Assembly (NCBI RefSeq): GCF_009834535.1
Contig: NC_045696.1
Location: 8,558,001-8,622,000 of the forward strand
Reading direction: 5' to 3'
Origin: Camelus ferus
Lineage: Eukaryota
Length of the DNA: 64,000 nucleotides
Below the pieces are notes generated by a model. That model worked only from the letters and a program-made list of their open reading frames with translations. It searched no databases and was not told the DNA's origin. Of this stretch, positions 24,450 to 36,072 are shown piece by piece. Made by a program: the position numbers and the translations under genes. Positions within the stretch are counted from its first letter, which is position 1; the number at the start of each line of letters is the position of its first letter.

Positions 24450-25930
24450 TTTAGAATTTTTTCAATCTGATGGTTGTATGATATTCTCTCTCTCTGTCTC
24501 TCTCTTCCTCTCTCCCTCCCCCGACCATTAAATTGTAATTCTCTGATGACCAGTGAAGCCCAGAACTTTTCATTGCTTTATTAGTCAATCTGATTTGCTC
24601 TTCAGTCACTTGTTTGTGAACTGTGTTTGGCAGATACTGTCGATCGCTTACCCAACCAACATTTCCTTCCTTCTTTCTTGTTAAAAGGGTCCTGATTTGG
24701 TTGAGGTGTGAGGTGTGTGAGGCAATGCCCCAGGAAAGGAGGTGGGTCTTCCCTAAGCTCCTGCAGATGAGCAGTGGTTGGTCATCTGACCCATTTCTGA
24801 CCAATAGGACCAAAAGGCAAATCTCCTCTGCAGGTATTCGTGTTGTCTTTTTCAGTATTTGGCTTATAGATTTCACTCTGTTTACGAAGTCATACAGAGG
24901 TTTTTAATTTTAATGTAGCAGAAAATATATCACTCTTTCCTGTCTTGTCATTTTTTTGTCTTGCTTTAGAAATGATTCTCCATCTTGAGGTTTTAAGACT
25001 GTTCCCCATTTTTTCTTCCATAAATGTTAAGTTAAAAAAAACTTTAGATTTTAAATCCATCTGGAATTTATTTTTGTATCTGGCATGAGGCAAAGATGTT
25101 TTTAATGAACGAACAGTCAGCCCAGAATATTTTTTGAATAGCTCATTCTTGCTTCCCAGTTTATATTACCACCTCCACCATATATGAAATGCACATGGAT
25201 ATGTTGGTCTGTTGTGCATTTCCCTAATCTGTTCATTCAGTCTATTTTTCCACCACTATTTCTTTCCTCTAATAATATACAGGTTCTCTTGAAGTTCCTA
25301 TGTAGATAATTCTATAGTCCACAAATGATGGCAGTTTTATTTCTTCCTTTCCAATGTTTGTATCGGTTATTTCTTTTTCATGCCTTATTGCGCAGGCTGG
25401 GATTGCTGGTACAATTTTAAATAAAAGCAGTAAGAACAGGCCTTCTTTCTTGTTCCTGACTTGTTTTGTTTCAGAACGTCACTAATTCTTCATCATTATG
25501 TATGATTGGGTTGATTTCATTGATCAGATTAAAGGAATTCCTTCCGTCCTTAACTTGTTTAGGGTATTTTTGCTGTTGTTATCCTGAAAGGTATTAAAAT
25601 TTTTAAATTTTACTTTTGTGTTTTTCTGAATATTGTGATGATTGTACAGCTTTTCTCCAATCATTTAAACTATATTTGTAGACTTTCTAATGTTAATCTA
25701 CTTTTATATTCCTGGGGTAACCATACATGGCCAAAATGTATTTATTTAATAACCTGCTGGATTTAGGTTACCAATATTTTATTTAGGATTCTTGCATTTA
25801 TGACCATAAGATGGACTGGCCTATATTCCTTTTTTCTTTTAATGTCCTTGTCCCAGGTTTGGTGCCTAGGTTATACCAGCCTCATAAATTTAAGTGGGGA
25901 GACTTCCCTGGAATCATCTGTATGAAAGAG
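24450..25930 (-). mobile_element. Fragmented ancient L1M, with a probable MLT1 piece at ~24625-24830
   Basis: atccatctggaatttatttttgtat, tttatttcttcctttccaat, tcttgttcctgact, ctgctggatttaggttaccaatattttatttaggatt are L1 motifs. tggcagatactgt...catctgacccatttctgaccaat is MLT1-like. Confidence 0.7.
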
Positions 25931-28010
25931 GGTGGTGTGTGGAATACACCTGCAGCATCATCTCGCTCCTCACTGTCTGTCTTTAGCATTGAGGACACTC
26001 CAGGCAAAGGGGCGCACTTCATTGCTGGCTGGGGCTTTGTCCTCAATCCCTCGCTGGTCCTCTGTCCTCAAGATCTGGACTGGTCTACATGGAGTCCAGC
26101 TCCCTCCTTTTACCTCATCTGGAGGTGCTCTTGGTTTTAGCCTTCATTTTTCTTGTCCAGAACTGATAAAATAGCAGGAATTCCAAGACACAAAACAACT
26201 AAATTAAGGGGAGAGACCCAAAAAAGAAGTGTTTGGAAGCAAGTGCTTTTAGTATCTTTGCTCTTTCCATGCTAGTGGGGAAACTGAAGGCTCCTGCCAT
26301 GGTTAGAGTGGGAGATAACATGCCAAACAAAACCTTGTCTTCATTTCTCCCCAGGTTTCCATTTTGCAGGGAATTTGGATAAATTCCAATTTGCAGACCC
26401 TTTGGGAACAACAACAACAAAAAACTGTCCCATGTTTTTTATCTTAAAAAAAGTCTGTATCTGCATTTGAGCTCTTCAAGGGCATTTATCCCTCTTGAAT
26501 CCACCCACAAGCACGATGCCTGGTTTATCACGGGTGCTCTGGAAGTAACTGCATTTGAAGATGTTTGTTCTTGTCCAAGCAACTTACAAAATCCATGTCA
26601 AAATCAGGCTGGCAATGAGTATTCAATTTTCAGGGAAAAAAATCTTATTTTATTTCTATTTGCAACTAAAAGCTTTCAAACGAATAAAATGATGAGAAAT
26701 GGAAGTTTTTTTTTTTTTAGGACATTGTTAATACCTACTATTTTATCACTTCACGTGTATGTTGATTTCCAATATAAAACGTTCTGTTAAAAAAAGGAGT
26801 TTGCTTGCATTCACTGCCTGCATTTCTTATCTTGGCCTTTTGGTGTCATTCTTAGATTAATCTGAAAAGCATATTAAGTAAGGGTGAAATTATTTCCCTG
26901 GCCTTGGATCTTTTTGGTCTCTGATTTGAACTGAAGATTATCACACTTATAGTGCAGTTTAATCTAATCTTTTCTATCTAATCTAATCTTTGCAATGTTA
27001 TCTTCACTTATGTTCTATAACTGACACACAACTGTAGAAGTTTAAGTACAGTACAGAGAACCAGTAAAGTAAGCCTTTACTTTTTTGGGAAGTCTAGAGA
27101 GAGCTTTTTCTGAAATTACTATACTGAAGTTATCGAAGTTCACTACATATGTTACTAATGCATGTAGGTTACATATATAATTCTAACAAAATTCTAATGT
27201 ATATCATCACATAATAATGTAACAATACGATGTTACATTATGATTTATATATGTAATATATATGTATGTATATGTTGAAAGCAAACCATGGTTCTGAAGC
27301 TGTGATAGAGCCCAATTCATTTTCAATGATATGCGAGATAAAGCTTGTTGCTCTTTGTGGAGCTGCAGAGGACTGATGAACTTCCTAACAGTGTCCTTTT
27401 CTGTTCTGTACATAGAGGTACTCACACTGTTGTCCACCCATGAATGAATATGAAAACCCTTTGGACTTTAAATTTATTGTTAACCCCAGTGTCAGCCACA
27501 CGCTTGCCCTTCCCTCCTAACCCACAGAAGTCTCATTAACTTTCATGGACTGCACTTTTTTCCCCATTGTCATTTTAATGCTACACTCGATGAGACTGAC
27601 TTTTGTATGATGTAACAAAAAAGTGAACAAAGTGCGTATTGACCCATCACTCCATAAGCAAGAAGCAAAAGTGTTGAATTCATTGTGCTTGATTGTTCCA
27701 TTTGCAGCACGCTGTCCTTTGAGCCGCCTTCAGTCTCCTCGATCTTTGAACAGCTTCACTCTCTGAGAGAATCGGTGTGTGAGCTCTGTAGCCCCCAGTG
27801 GGTCTGCCAATAGCTAGGAGCGAGGGTGGTCCAAGCTCAAGTTCTGTGACCAGAGAAACTCTGGAGATCTATTTCTCAAACTCTTCCATTTTGATTAGGA
27901 TCTTATCTGAACAATATAGCAAAATAAAATGTTAAAATACATTTTCTCAGAAAATGATTTTTCTAACTTAGGCCAAATTCAAATTCAATCTTGTAGTTGG
28001 TCATGTCCTA

Positions 28011-29010
28011 TGATGTGAAATCAATGGGGTTTGAGATCGCCACCATACTTCTGAGACAGGAGGGAAGGAGGTGGGCACAACTATGACGATGACACAGCAG
28101 TTAGCACCAAGATGGCGGAAGATCTGACTCCCAGTGGACCTTGATCTTCATTATACGCTCATTGTAATACAATAGCTGCTGAGGGGCCCTCCCACAGGTG
28201 CCAAGACAATTTCAAGTCTGACCATAAAAGGTCAAAAAGTGGGTGATGGCCCAATGCCTGGGACTCCCAGCCCCTTCCCCAAAGTAGGTGGAGTGATTCT
28301 CCCACTTGTTAGCATATGAAGTTGCTGGGCCCATAAAAACTGACAACTTCGCACCCCTCGGCCTCTCCCTTGCTCTCTCTCACCTTTGAAGATGGCTGCA
28401 CTCTGCCTATGGAGTGTGTATCTACTTTTACCTTAAACTAAACACTCCCCATGCCTCGTGGCCCCTCTGGCCTTCTTAGACGGCCCGCACTCTGTCTATG
28501 GAGCGTGCATCTCTCTGAATAAATCTACCTTCACTCTACTATGGCTCAGTCTCGAATTCTTTCCCACACGAAACCAAGGCCCCTCACTTGGCAGGGTGTG
28601 TCTCAGGGACTTAAGCAAGACCTGGGCTACAACCATCCCCTCACTTCCCCTGTATCGCTTGCAAGCTAGTGGGCTGGCCTGACACAGTCTCACAGATGCC
28701 GGCAGCAGGTACGAGACCCCTAGATCAGAGGCAAAGGGCTTCATTACCCGTGGCGCAGCAAGCAGTGTGGGCATCACTGTGTTGGTTCTCCTTGTCCTCT
28801 GTTCCCACAGGGAGAGTGAGGATGGGCCTAGATTTTGCATATGGAACCAGTGGCGTGGGATCCTATACTTAAGGAACCCAAATCCTACATAATGAGCAGT
28901 AAGCATCCTTGCCCTTTGCTCCAGCAGAAAATACTACCTCTGTCTCCCAAGGCTACTTGCTGTACAAACATCCGTGACAAGGTGCTCCGGAACAAAGTGT
29001 GCTCAGTGAC
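28011..29010. mobile_element. Old ERVL-type LTR (MER54/MER74/LTR53-like) split by a MER41-like LTR
   Basis: Rejoined sequence cgccaccatac[ttg]caagcta...cctgacacagtctcacagatgccggcagcagg...gagacccctagatcagaggcaaagggcttcattac resembles this group. Confidence 0.55.
28052..28657 (+). mobile_element. ERV1 solo LTR, MER41-like
   Basis: TG start; accaagatggcgg; cataaaaa TATA-like; duplicated gcactctgYctatggagYgtgYatct; AATAAA; ctcgaattctttccc...gaaaccaagg. 4-bp TSD cttc/cttg. Confidence 0.8.
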
Positions 29011-30561
29011 TCAGTTGCAAGTTTGTCTCTGGGAGGTAGCGTAGAATGTGCTTTCTGAGCTGTCTCACCCTGAGGGGAGAAAGTTGACTCTTTAATTCCC
29101 ATCTGTTGTGGGCCGAGAGCTGATTCAGAGCACTTCTGGTCTCCCTGCCACTGCCCCAGGGGGCGGGGGTGAGCCTTGCAAGTGCTTCAAGCAGGCACAG
29201 TGTAGCAGGTACGGACCACGGGGGGAGCAGTGAGTGCCTGGGGACACTGCTGTGGCAGTGACAGCATCCGTCACACTCCCCAGTTTTAGTCCTGCCTCCT
29301 CCCAATATGACTCGTGTATATACTTCCATTTCATTCCATGGCTGAGCTGTTAGGTCTCCTAGAAACGCCCACAGGCCTTAAGTGGCTGCTGGTGGTATTT
29401 TCAGTTAGACTTTTCTCAAGTCGTTCCTTAGAACCAGCCTACTACTCAGCATACCTGGGAGACAGGGGGCTGGGGGAGGGAGTAGAAACGGAATTCAAAG
29501 AGGTCAGTTTAGCTACTTATTAACGTCTTTGTAATATCGAGAGGAAAAAGTGGGAACTAATTGCTCAAATTTGTGTTTTAAAATAACTGTGTCTTTTGTT
29601 CTTGATCTCAGTGACCCCCGCCTTGGAAAAGCAAGAGTTGGTCCTCAATCAAAGAGTGTGTCAAGGATCATTTTAAGAACAAATTGAGGAAATGTAAGCG
29701 CAAGTCTTTCATCACCTTTTCACCACGATTAGGTTTATTTGCTCCCCTGTTGACTGCCCCCTTCTCTTTCAAGCTCTCCAGCTGCTTCAGAATCAAGGGT
29801 GAAAAATGAAACCTAGGTCCTGCTTTTAAGAAAATGAGAGCATGCACATGCCATGTTGACAGGTGCATTTCCTGGGAGCATAAAAGTATTGAGGATTTTT
29901 AGAAAAGAGCTGTATGACCCTGGCCAATGAGAAATCCACTAACTTAGAATCTGGGATAAAGTTAACAAGCTGGTGAAATGCATTGATATATTAAGGCTAG
30001 AAGTGGAGGAAGGGTTTGCCAACCAAATTAAAAGTGTAAACAAAGGAACTATATAGGCCTCATAAGGCTGAAGGCCAACAGATGTTTCTAAACACTTGTA
30101 AACCCTCTTTGGATTCAAATGCTTCTGTGATAAAAAGGATATTCTGATTCTTATTTTTTTAAATCTGTTGCTAAGACATTCTGCTCTCTCCCTTTCTCGG
30201 GGCCCTGTCATCCTTGCTGCCATATGAACTTGAAATTAAACTGAATTTTGTGTAAATGTTTTTCTACCTCAGACTTTTTCAAAACTTCTACCCAATTAGG
30301 AAAAATTAATGAGGTTTACTGCACTCTGTGTTGATATTTAGTTACCAGCAGACAGTCGGGGCTTTGTTCCTCCCCAGTCAGTGTTTGAAATCAGAGAGTT
30401 GTTTTCTTAACTCCCCCCCTCCCCCAGATTAGGAAAACTCTATCCTAGAAAGATTGTTTCTGATTATTCTAAGCATCCACCACTTTCCACCTGCCTGCTT
30501 GCTTTCTTCAGCTTTCCCGATGGGCTCCAAGTCTTCCACTCTGTCATTTATTCTTTCACAC

Positions 30562-30883
30562 TAGTCAGCCCTCCCTCCACATCCATGGATTCTGCATCCA
30601 TGGATTTGACTAACCAAAGATCAAAAATATTACAAAAATTTCCACAAAGCTCCCCAAAAGCAAAACTTGAATTTGCTGCATGCTGGCAACTGTTTACATA
30701 GCAGTTACATTGTACTTACAACTACTGACATAGTATTAACATTGTATCAAGTACATAAGTAATCTAGAGATGATTTACAGTATAGGAGAGGATGTGTGTG
30801 TAGGTTATATGCAAATACTGTGCATTTTGGTATCCTTGGGAGTCCTGAAACCAATCCTCTGTGGATACTGAGGGATGATTGTA
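30562..30883. mobile_element. MER2/MER2B-like Tigger MITE
   Basis: tagtcagccctcc...catggattctgcatccatggattt...aaaagcaaaacttgaatttgc...gtaatctagagatgattta...ggatactgagggatgattgta, with imperfect TIRs. Confidence 0.88.
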
Positions 30884-30949
30884 TTTATACAACCATCACA
30901 GCTCATAGCAAATGATGGTAAGTGGTACTTGAGATTTCAGTACAAGCTC

Positions 30950-31085
30950 TTGATCTTTGAGATGAAGAAACAGAGATCTGTAGAGGTGAAGAGATTCATC
31001 CAAGTTTTGCTGCTTATTTCATGCAGATCCAGAATAAGAACCCACAAATCCCTTCCCCCTAGACTGCTGCTTTTTCCCAGCACGG
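30950..31085 (-). mobile_element. MIR fragment
   Basis: agatgaagaaacagagatctgtagaggtgaagagattcatccaag...aataagaaccca. Confidence 0.6.
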
Positions 31086-31597
31086 TCCAGTCCCTGCGAC
31101 AAAGAGGAAGGGATGGAGAGACAGAGGGAGAGAGAAAGAGGAGCTGGGTGAACCATGTAGCAGCATTTACTGCACTGTTCTTGAAACTTTTCTCTAGGTT
31201 TGAAAATTTTTCAAAATGAAAAATGTTTAAAAATTGTAAAAGTCTGAGTCATATTTTAAAAGTTTGACGTAGTGCAGAAACACGAAGTTCATGGCCCTGT
31301 CAGTTGCTGGGTGTTCCTGTTGTCACTAGAAGGCATATTTGTCAAACAAAACAGAAGTTAACTTTCAGTTAAGGTTCAGAGAGGAGCAAGAGTTTCCTCT
31401 GGTGATATTTTCTCTTTTTAAAAAATATTCTTTAAATCTTTGAGTCACAGGTAATTATTCATGAGTATGATGTGTGCGATTCTTTCCCCTTAGCATGAAA
31501 TTCTGAGACAGCAAAATTGACGTTCTGTATTTCATTCTGGCCAGAGAGTGAGAATTTCTGACTTGACCTTTTCTTTTCGTGAATATATGGTGGATAC

Positions 31598-31715
31598 GTG
31601 ATAAAGCAAATGTTAACAATGGTAGGACCTAGGGGGTGGCTGCGTGGGTATCACTGTACCATACTTTCAGCAATTATGTATCCTTGAAAATGTTCATACT
31701 TAAACAAAACAAAAC
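31598..31715 (+). mobile_element. Ancient L1 3' tip
   Basis: gcaaatgttaacaatggtaggacctagggggtgg...cactgtaccatactttcagc...ttgaaaatgttcata. Confidence 0.6.
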
Positions 31716-32179
31716 AGACACGCAAAAAAGAGACTTGTAGCTTCTGTCTAGATCTTCTCTTGCTTTAACTATCCCTTAAGATGCCTTGAGGCTGATGACT
31801 GGGTGCCGGAACGGTGGGGCTGGCCCCACCACAGGCACACCTGCCCTGGCCAGGCGACGGGCTCGGAGCTGTGGAAAGTCACCTTTCTCACCCTCCACCG
31901 CCACACTTGAAGTAGCAGGACGATGGTCCCCACCTCGCCTCTGCTTGTCTTTTTTTTTTTTTTTTTTTTTTTTTTTTGGCGTATCTTGCATGTTTGCTTC
32001 TCATTTGAAGAAGTTCAATTTGACTCTTCGATTCAAGAAATTCTGAGAATGATGAGTCCCAGCTTCTTAGCGTCTGCAGTTCCAGGATGTACAGAAGAGA
32101 GTGGCTGTGCTGAGCGCTGATGCAATGATTCCCTTTACCCACTGCAATCTCACTCTCTATCAGACTGTTCTCTCCTTTA

Positions 32180-32601
32180 AAAATGATTTTTATAAATGGC
32201 ACCTAATTTACATACATTCAAGTGCACAGTCTGATGACTTTTGATAAATGTATGTACTTGTGTAGTTACCCCACCAGTCAGAATTATGGCACCTGCTCGT
32301 GACCTCAGAAAGTTCCTGTGTGCCACCCCTAGGGCCACCGTTCTGATTTCTAACCTGGTAACCTAATTTTGCCTGTTCTCTACCCCAGAGAAATGAGAGG
32401 AAGAAAAAGGTCCACTGAAATTATTTGCACAAAAATGTCCATAATGACATTGTTCATAACAGGCCCCAGCTGGAAACATCCTAAATGTCCTTCAACAGGA
32501 AAATAAACAATCAAACCGTGGTGTATTGGTACAACGAAATACCACTCATTAACACAAAGGGATGAACTATTGATACAACATGAATGAAGCTCAAACATAA
32601 T
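32180..32601 (-). mobile_element. Ancient L1 (L1ME/MC-like) 3' end with an inverted 5' segment
   Basis: 32180-32378 is a reverse L1 3' end (aagtgcacagtctgatgacttttgataaatgtat...ttttgcctgttct). 32379-32601 is the upstream L1 segment in forward orientation (ctggaaacatcctaaatgtccttcaacagg). Confidence 0.75.
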
Positions 32602-33161
32602 GTAAATTAATTTTATAATTATTAAAAGCAGTTTCAGTCCATTTTAATGCTGGGACAAGTTTCACTTTTGCTTTATGCATTTCTGTATTGGTTAAGCTAT
32701 AATAATTACATAGTAATATTTAAGGATTTGAACAGAGCATGCAGTAAGACTTATGATTAAATCATCAACTACTAGAGTAAAGCTTGATGTACTGATCCCA
32801 CAATCCAGAACATTCAATTTTTACCACTTCTCTTTAGCAAACTTGTATACTTACTTATTTTCTGTTCAGATAAAAAAAAAAATCAGATATCCTAGACAAC
32901 CTTTGCTTGTTCTTTTTATTCTGGTATCTCAGTCCTTGGTAATTCATACAGAGTTCAAACAGCCTTGACTTAAAAAATAAAAAAATAAACTTTCAGAAAG
33001 CCCTTTTAAGCCTTTTGTTAGTAGCTTTTGTAGTAATATTACAATAACGTTATTAAATTAGGTATGTTAATTATTTTGTATTTTTATAACAAATATTAAA
33101 TAGAAGTTATTTATATTTTAAATATGAAAGTAAAATGGTGGCTATATTATTTATTTGTAAA

Positions 33162-33738
33162 CGAAGGTGATCGAAACACATCACCCCAAGTACACTGGTT
33201 GGCATATTGATTATTTTGATCTGAAAGCAATTGAGAAACAACTCTCTAGCCTCACCCTTTCTGCCTAAAATCAGGACATAAATTTCCCATGAGAAAGTTG
33301 CCCTCCTGGTTCCAGGAAGAAGAGAACATTCTTATCATGGGAGACAGGGGGCTGACGCCAAGATGAGTCGAGTCATCACACGCACAAACAAAGCTCACTA
33401 AAGTAACCCTCACCTTCCAGGAGTTTCCCTCTTGTATTTCCCAGCCACTTCCCCACCTTGGATCACCCCTAAAAGCCCGAATCCCTTTCCTTTGCCTGCT
33501 CACTTCACCACAAATTTATCACATTTTGTTAAAGTTGTTTATGAGCTCCTGAGTGTAACCAGTTCTTTGGGGTTTTCACTTCTTGTCTGTGAAGCCCTCT
33601 GTGTCACTTACAAAGTGTTATTAATGTCATATAAACGTTGTACGTTTCTCTTTGGTGAATCTGCCTCTTGTTAGTTTAATTTGCACATCCCAGTCAGTAA
33701 ACATAAGAGGGTAGAGGAGAAGTTTCTCCTCCCCTCCA
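33162..33738 (+). mobile_element. ERV1 solo LTR, MER34A-like
   Basis: ggcatattgattattttgatctgaaagcaattgagaaaca, ttctgcctaaaatcaggacataaattt, aagagggtagaggagaagtttctcctcccctcca. Confidence 0.82.
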
Positions 33739-33856
33739 GAAGCCAAGAAAGAACTGCAAGTCACTAATCCAAAATAGGTAATTTATTTAGTCACTAAACA
33801 TGCTCAAATTTCATTCTTAGAAAAAATAAAAATTTCACTTTGACTGACTTCACAAC

Positions 33857-34399
33857 TCTATCAGTTGACATGCATTTAGAGTAATAAGAAACATTAATAG
33901 AGGTTTAAATCATAAGAACATTTATTTCCATTACAAAAACTCTAGAGGTAGGTGGTCCCAGGGTAGTTTTGATGGCAATTGTAACAATGACTTCAACTCC
34001 TAAACTTTTTTTCTTTTTCATTCTGACACCCTTAGAATGTGAGCAATGCCCCCACCTTCCACTCATGCTCACAAGATAGCTGCCCCTGCTCCAACCATCA
34101 GGTCCTCACGTGTCTAACTATGTTGCAGCCAGCAGGAGGAGCTAGTGCAAAAGGGCTTTCTCCTCTGCATGTCTTATTTGTCAGGGAGGGAAAAAAAATC
34201 TTTTCTGGAAACCCAGAAGAGATTTCTTTGGTCAGAACAAGGTCAAGTGGCAACCACCAATCACTGGCTGAATTGATTGGGATTGTCACCATTCAGTTTC
34301 ATCAACTAAATCATCCTGAGTGACACGCTGCTGTCTGAACAAAGTCAGTGTCTGTGGGCTAGGAAGTGGCTGCCTGGGACATTCCCAGTGTCTGTGTAG
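33857..34399 (-). mobile_element. MaLR LTR (MLT1K-like)
   Basis: ctctagaggtaggtggtcccaggg, ctcatgctcacaagatagctgcccctgctccaaccatca, ttggtcagaac, ctgaacaaagtcag. Confidence 0.72.
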
Positions 34400-34469
34400 A
34401 TGAATAATTATAGGTTATCTCAATAATGTCGTGCCCCATCAATGCTTAGAGTGTGGACCTTTTGTCCTG

Positions 34470-34692
34470 AGGAAATGGTAGAGCAGCGAAAAAGATAAAT
34501 CCTGTCTTAGATCCCACAAGCTCCATGTCTTTGAGCAAATGACTAGTTTCTTGAGAGTCAGTTTATTATCTGGAAAATGGGAAGGATAGTAATCCTTGCC
34601 ATGTGAGAGCTGGCGAGGAACACCAGAAATAGTACCAGGGAAGCACTTGGCATTGTGTCTGGCACATGGACGGTGCCTAACAGACAATACTG
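34470..34692 (+). mobile_element. MIR SINE
   Basis: tttgagcaaatgact...tcagtttattatctggaaaatgggaaggatagtaat...aagcacttggcattgtgtctggcacat. Confidence 0.72.
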
Positions 34693-34845
34693 CGTCATGA
34701 CTCTCAGAAAGAGGAGACTGGGCTTAACCCGTGGCTGTTAGGTCGGTTTGCACATGTCTCTAGTCTTTCCCTTTGAAATTCTAGAGAATATGCATTTTCA
34801 GTGCCTCGTGGGGTTCCTGTGAGGAGTAAGTGAGGCTCAGGTGAG

Positions 34846-34859
34846 CCCGTAGGTGGCGC
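34846..34859 (+). promoter_or_regulatory. CTCF-like motif (forward orientation)
   Basis: CCCGTAGGTGGCGC has one mismatch to CCASYAGRKGGCRS, and both CpGs are retained. Confidence 0.5.
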
Positions 34860-34971
34860 TCAATGAGTTCTGTTTGGAACCCAGTTGGGAATCAGGTTGT
34901 TTTCCTGACAGTGGTGTGAACTGGGTGACGGCCATGCTGAGAATAGGGACCCTTCCTCTCCCCTCCCGTCT

Positions 34972-35025
34972 CCGGGACCTTGTGCACATCAAGCACGCGC
35001 TCCGCCACTGAGCTAGCCCGGCCCC
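34972..35025 (-). mobile_element. Truncated tRNA-Ala/Vic-1-like 5' half
   Basis: Minus strand ggggccgggctagctcagtggcggagcgcgtgcttgatgtgcacaaggtcccgg stops before the B box and has no A tail. Confidence 0.7.
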
Positions 35026-35959
35026 TTGTTTCCCTTGCACAGGTTAGATGATTTCTCCCAGTTATCTATTTAGTACTTTATACGAGTTGGAATTAGAAAT
35101 CTGGCCTGAGGACCCTAATACACTTAGGAGACAGTGGCGTGACTATTATGAACCAGACACATCTCTCATTGTTTTTTTCTTTCGGGTTTCTATACACTGA
35201 TGATTTTTCTCTATTGTACGTAACCAAAGAATGAAAATAAACCCCGGTCACCTCACAGCATGATCCAGGCTCCCAGTTTATAGGGCAAAAGCGTATCCTC
35301 AAGTCTTTCCCCAGCAAAGACCACCATTGGTAAGGCACAGAGACCTCCTCATGCGGGAGCCTTCTGGAGCCTGAAAGTTAAAAACCAAAGGTCAATTCAT
35401 AGCACCTCTGTGCATCAAGCGACTATTTATCTTCATAATTAATAACTGGCAGAGGGAGTAAACCATGGTTTTTGTTTGTTTTGGTTTGACTTCCTCTAAA
35501 ATCTTCTAAGGATGATTTTAGGGCAGGCTCCCAGGAACCTGGGGGAACACGTGCCTCCTGTTTCCCCGGAGCCCACTTACAGGAGCTTCCTGAGACTCCG
35601 GTCTCAATGCACCCCCTCTGCTATCCATGGCCTACCCTCTGGGAAGGAGACCCCTCTTTTAGGTGGAGTTGCTAGATTGCGGACAGTGCCCAATGCTCCC
35701 GAAAATTGCTTAGAATGTCCTCCACCAGTAGTGGCCGGCCCTGGAGTCACCCTGCCATGTCAGCCCCCTGCAGTCCGCAGGCAGACCCTGGGTCCTCACA
35801 CAGCACCTCTTACAGCATCTGCCTACAGGCACCTGGCCCGGCAGCATCTGGGCTAAAGGCCACCTATGATACCCTCTTGGTGACCTGCCCGGGCTCCTGT
35901 CTGCTGATGGCACTGTCCCCATAACCGTTTCCTATGAATACTTGTGCATCAGGCTGGCA

Positions 35960-36072
35960 TGGCTGAATACGGGCCCCGGGGGGCTGGAGGTGTGTTCTGT
36001 TCACTTTGGATCCCCAGTGCCCTGGTTCAGGGCCCTGCACCCAGTAGGCTCCCAATGCCCATTGAACAGACG
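35960..36072 (+). mobile_element. GC-shifted L2 3' end
   Basis: tgttcactttggatccccagtgccctggttcagggccctgcacccagtaggctcccaat parallels the L2 3' terminus. Confidence 0.55.
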
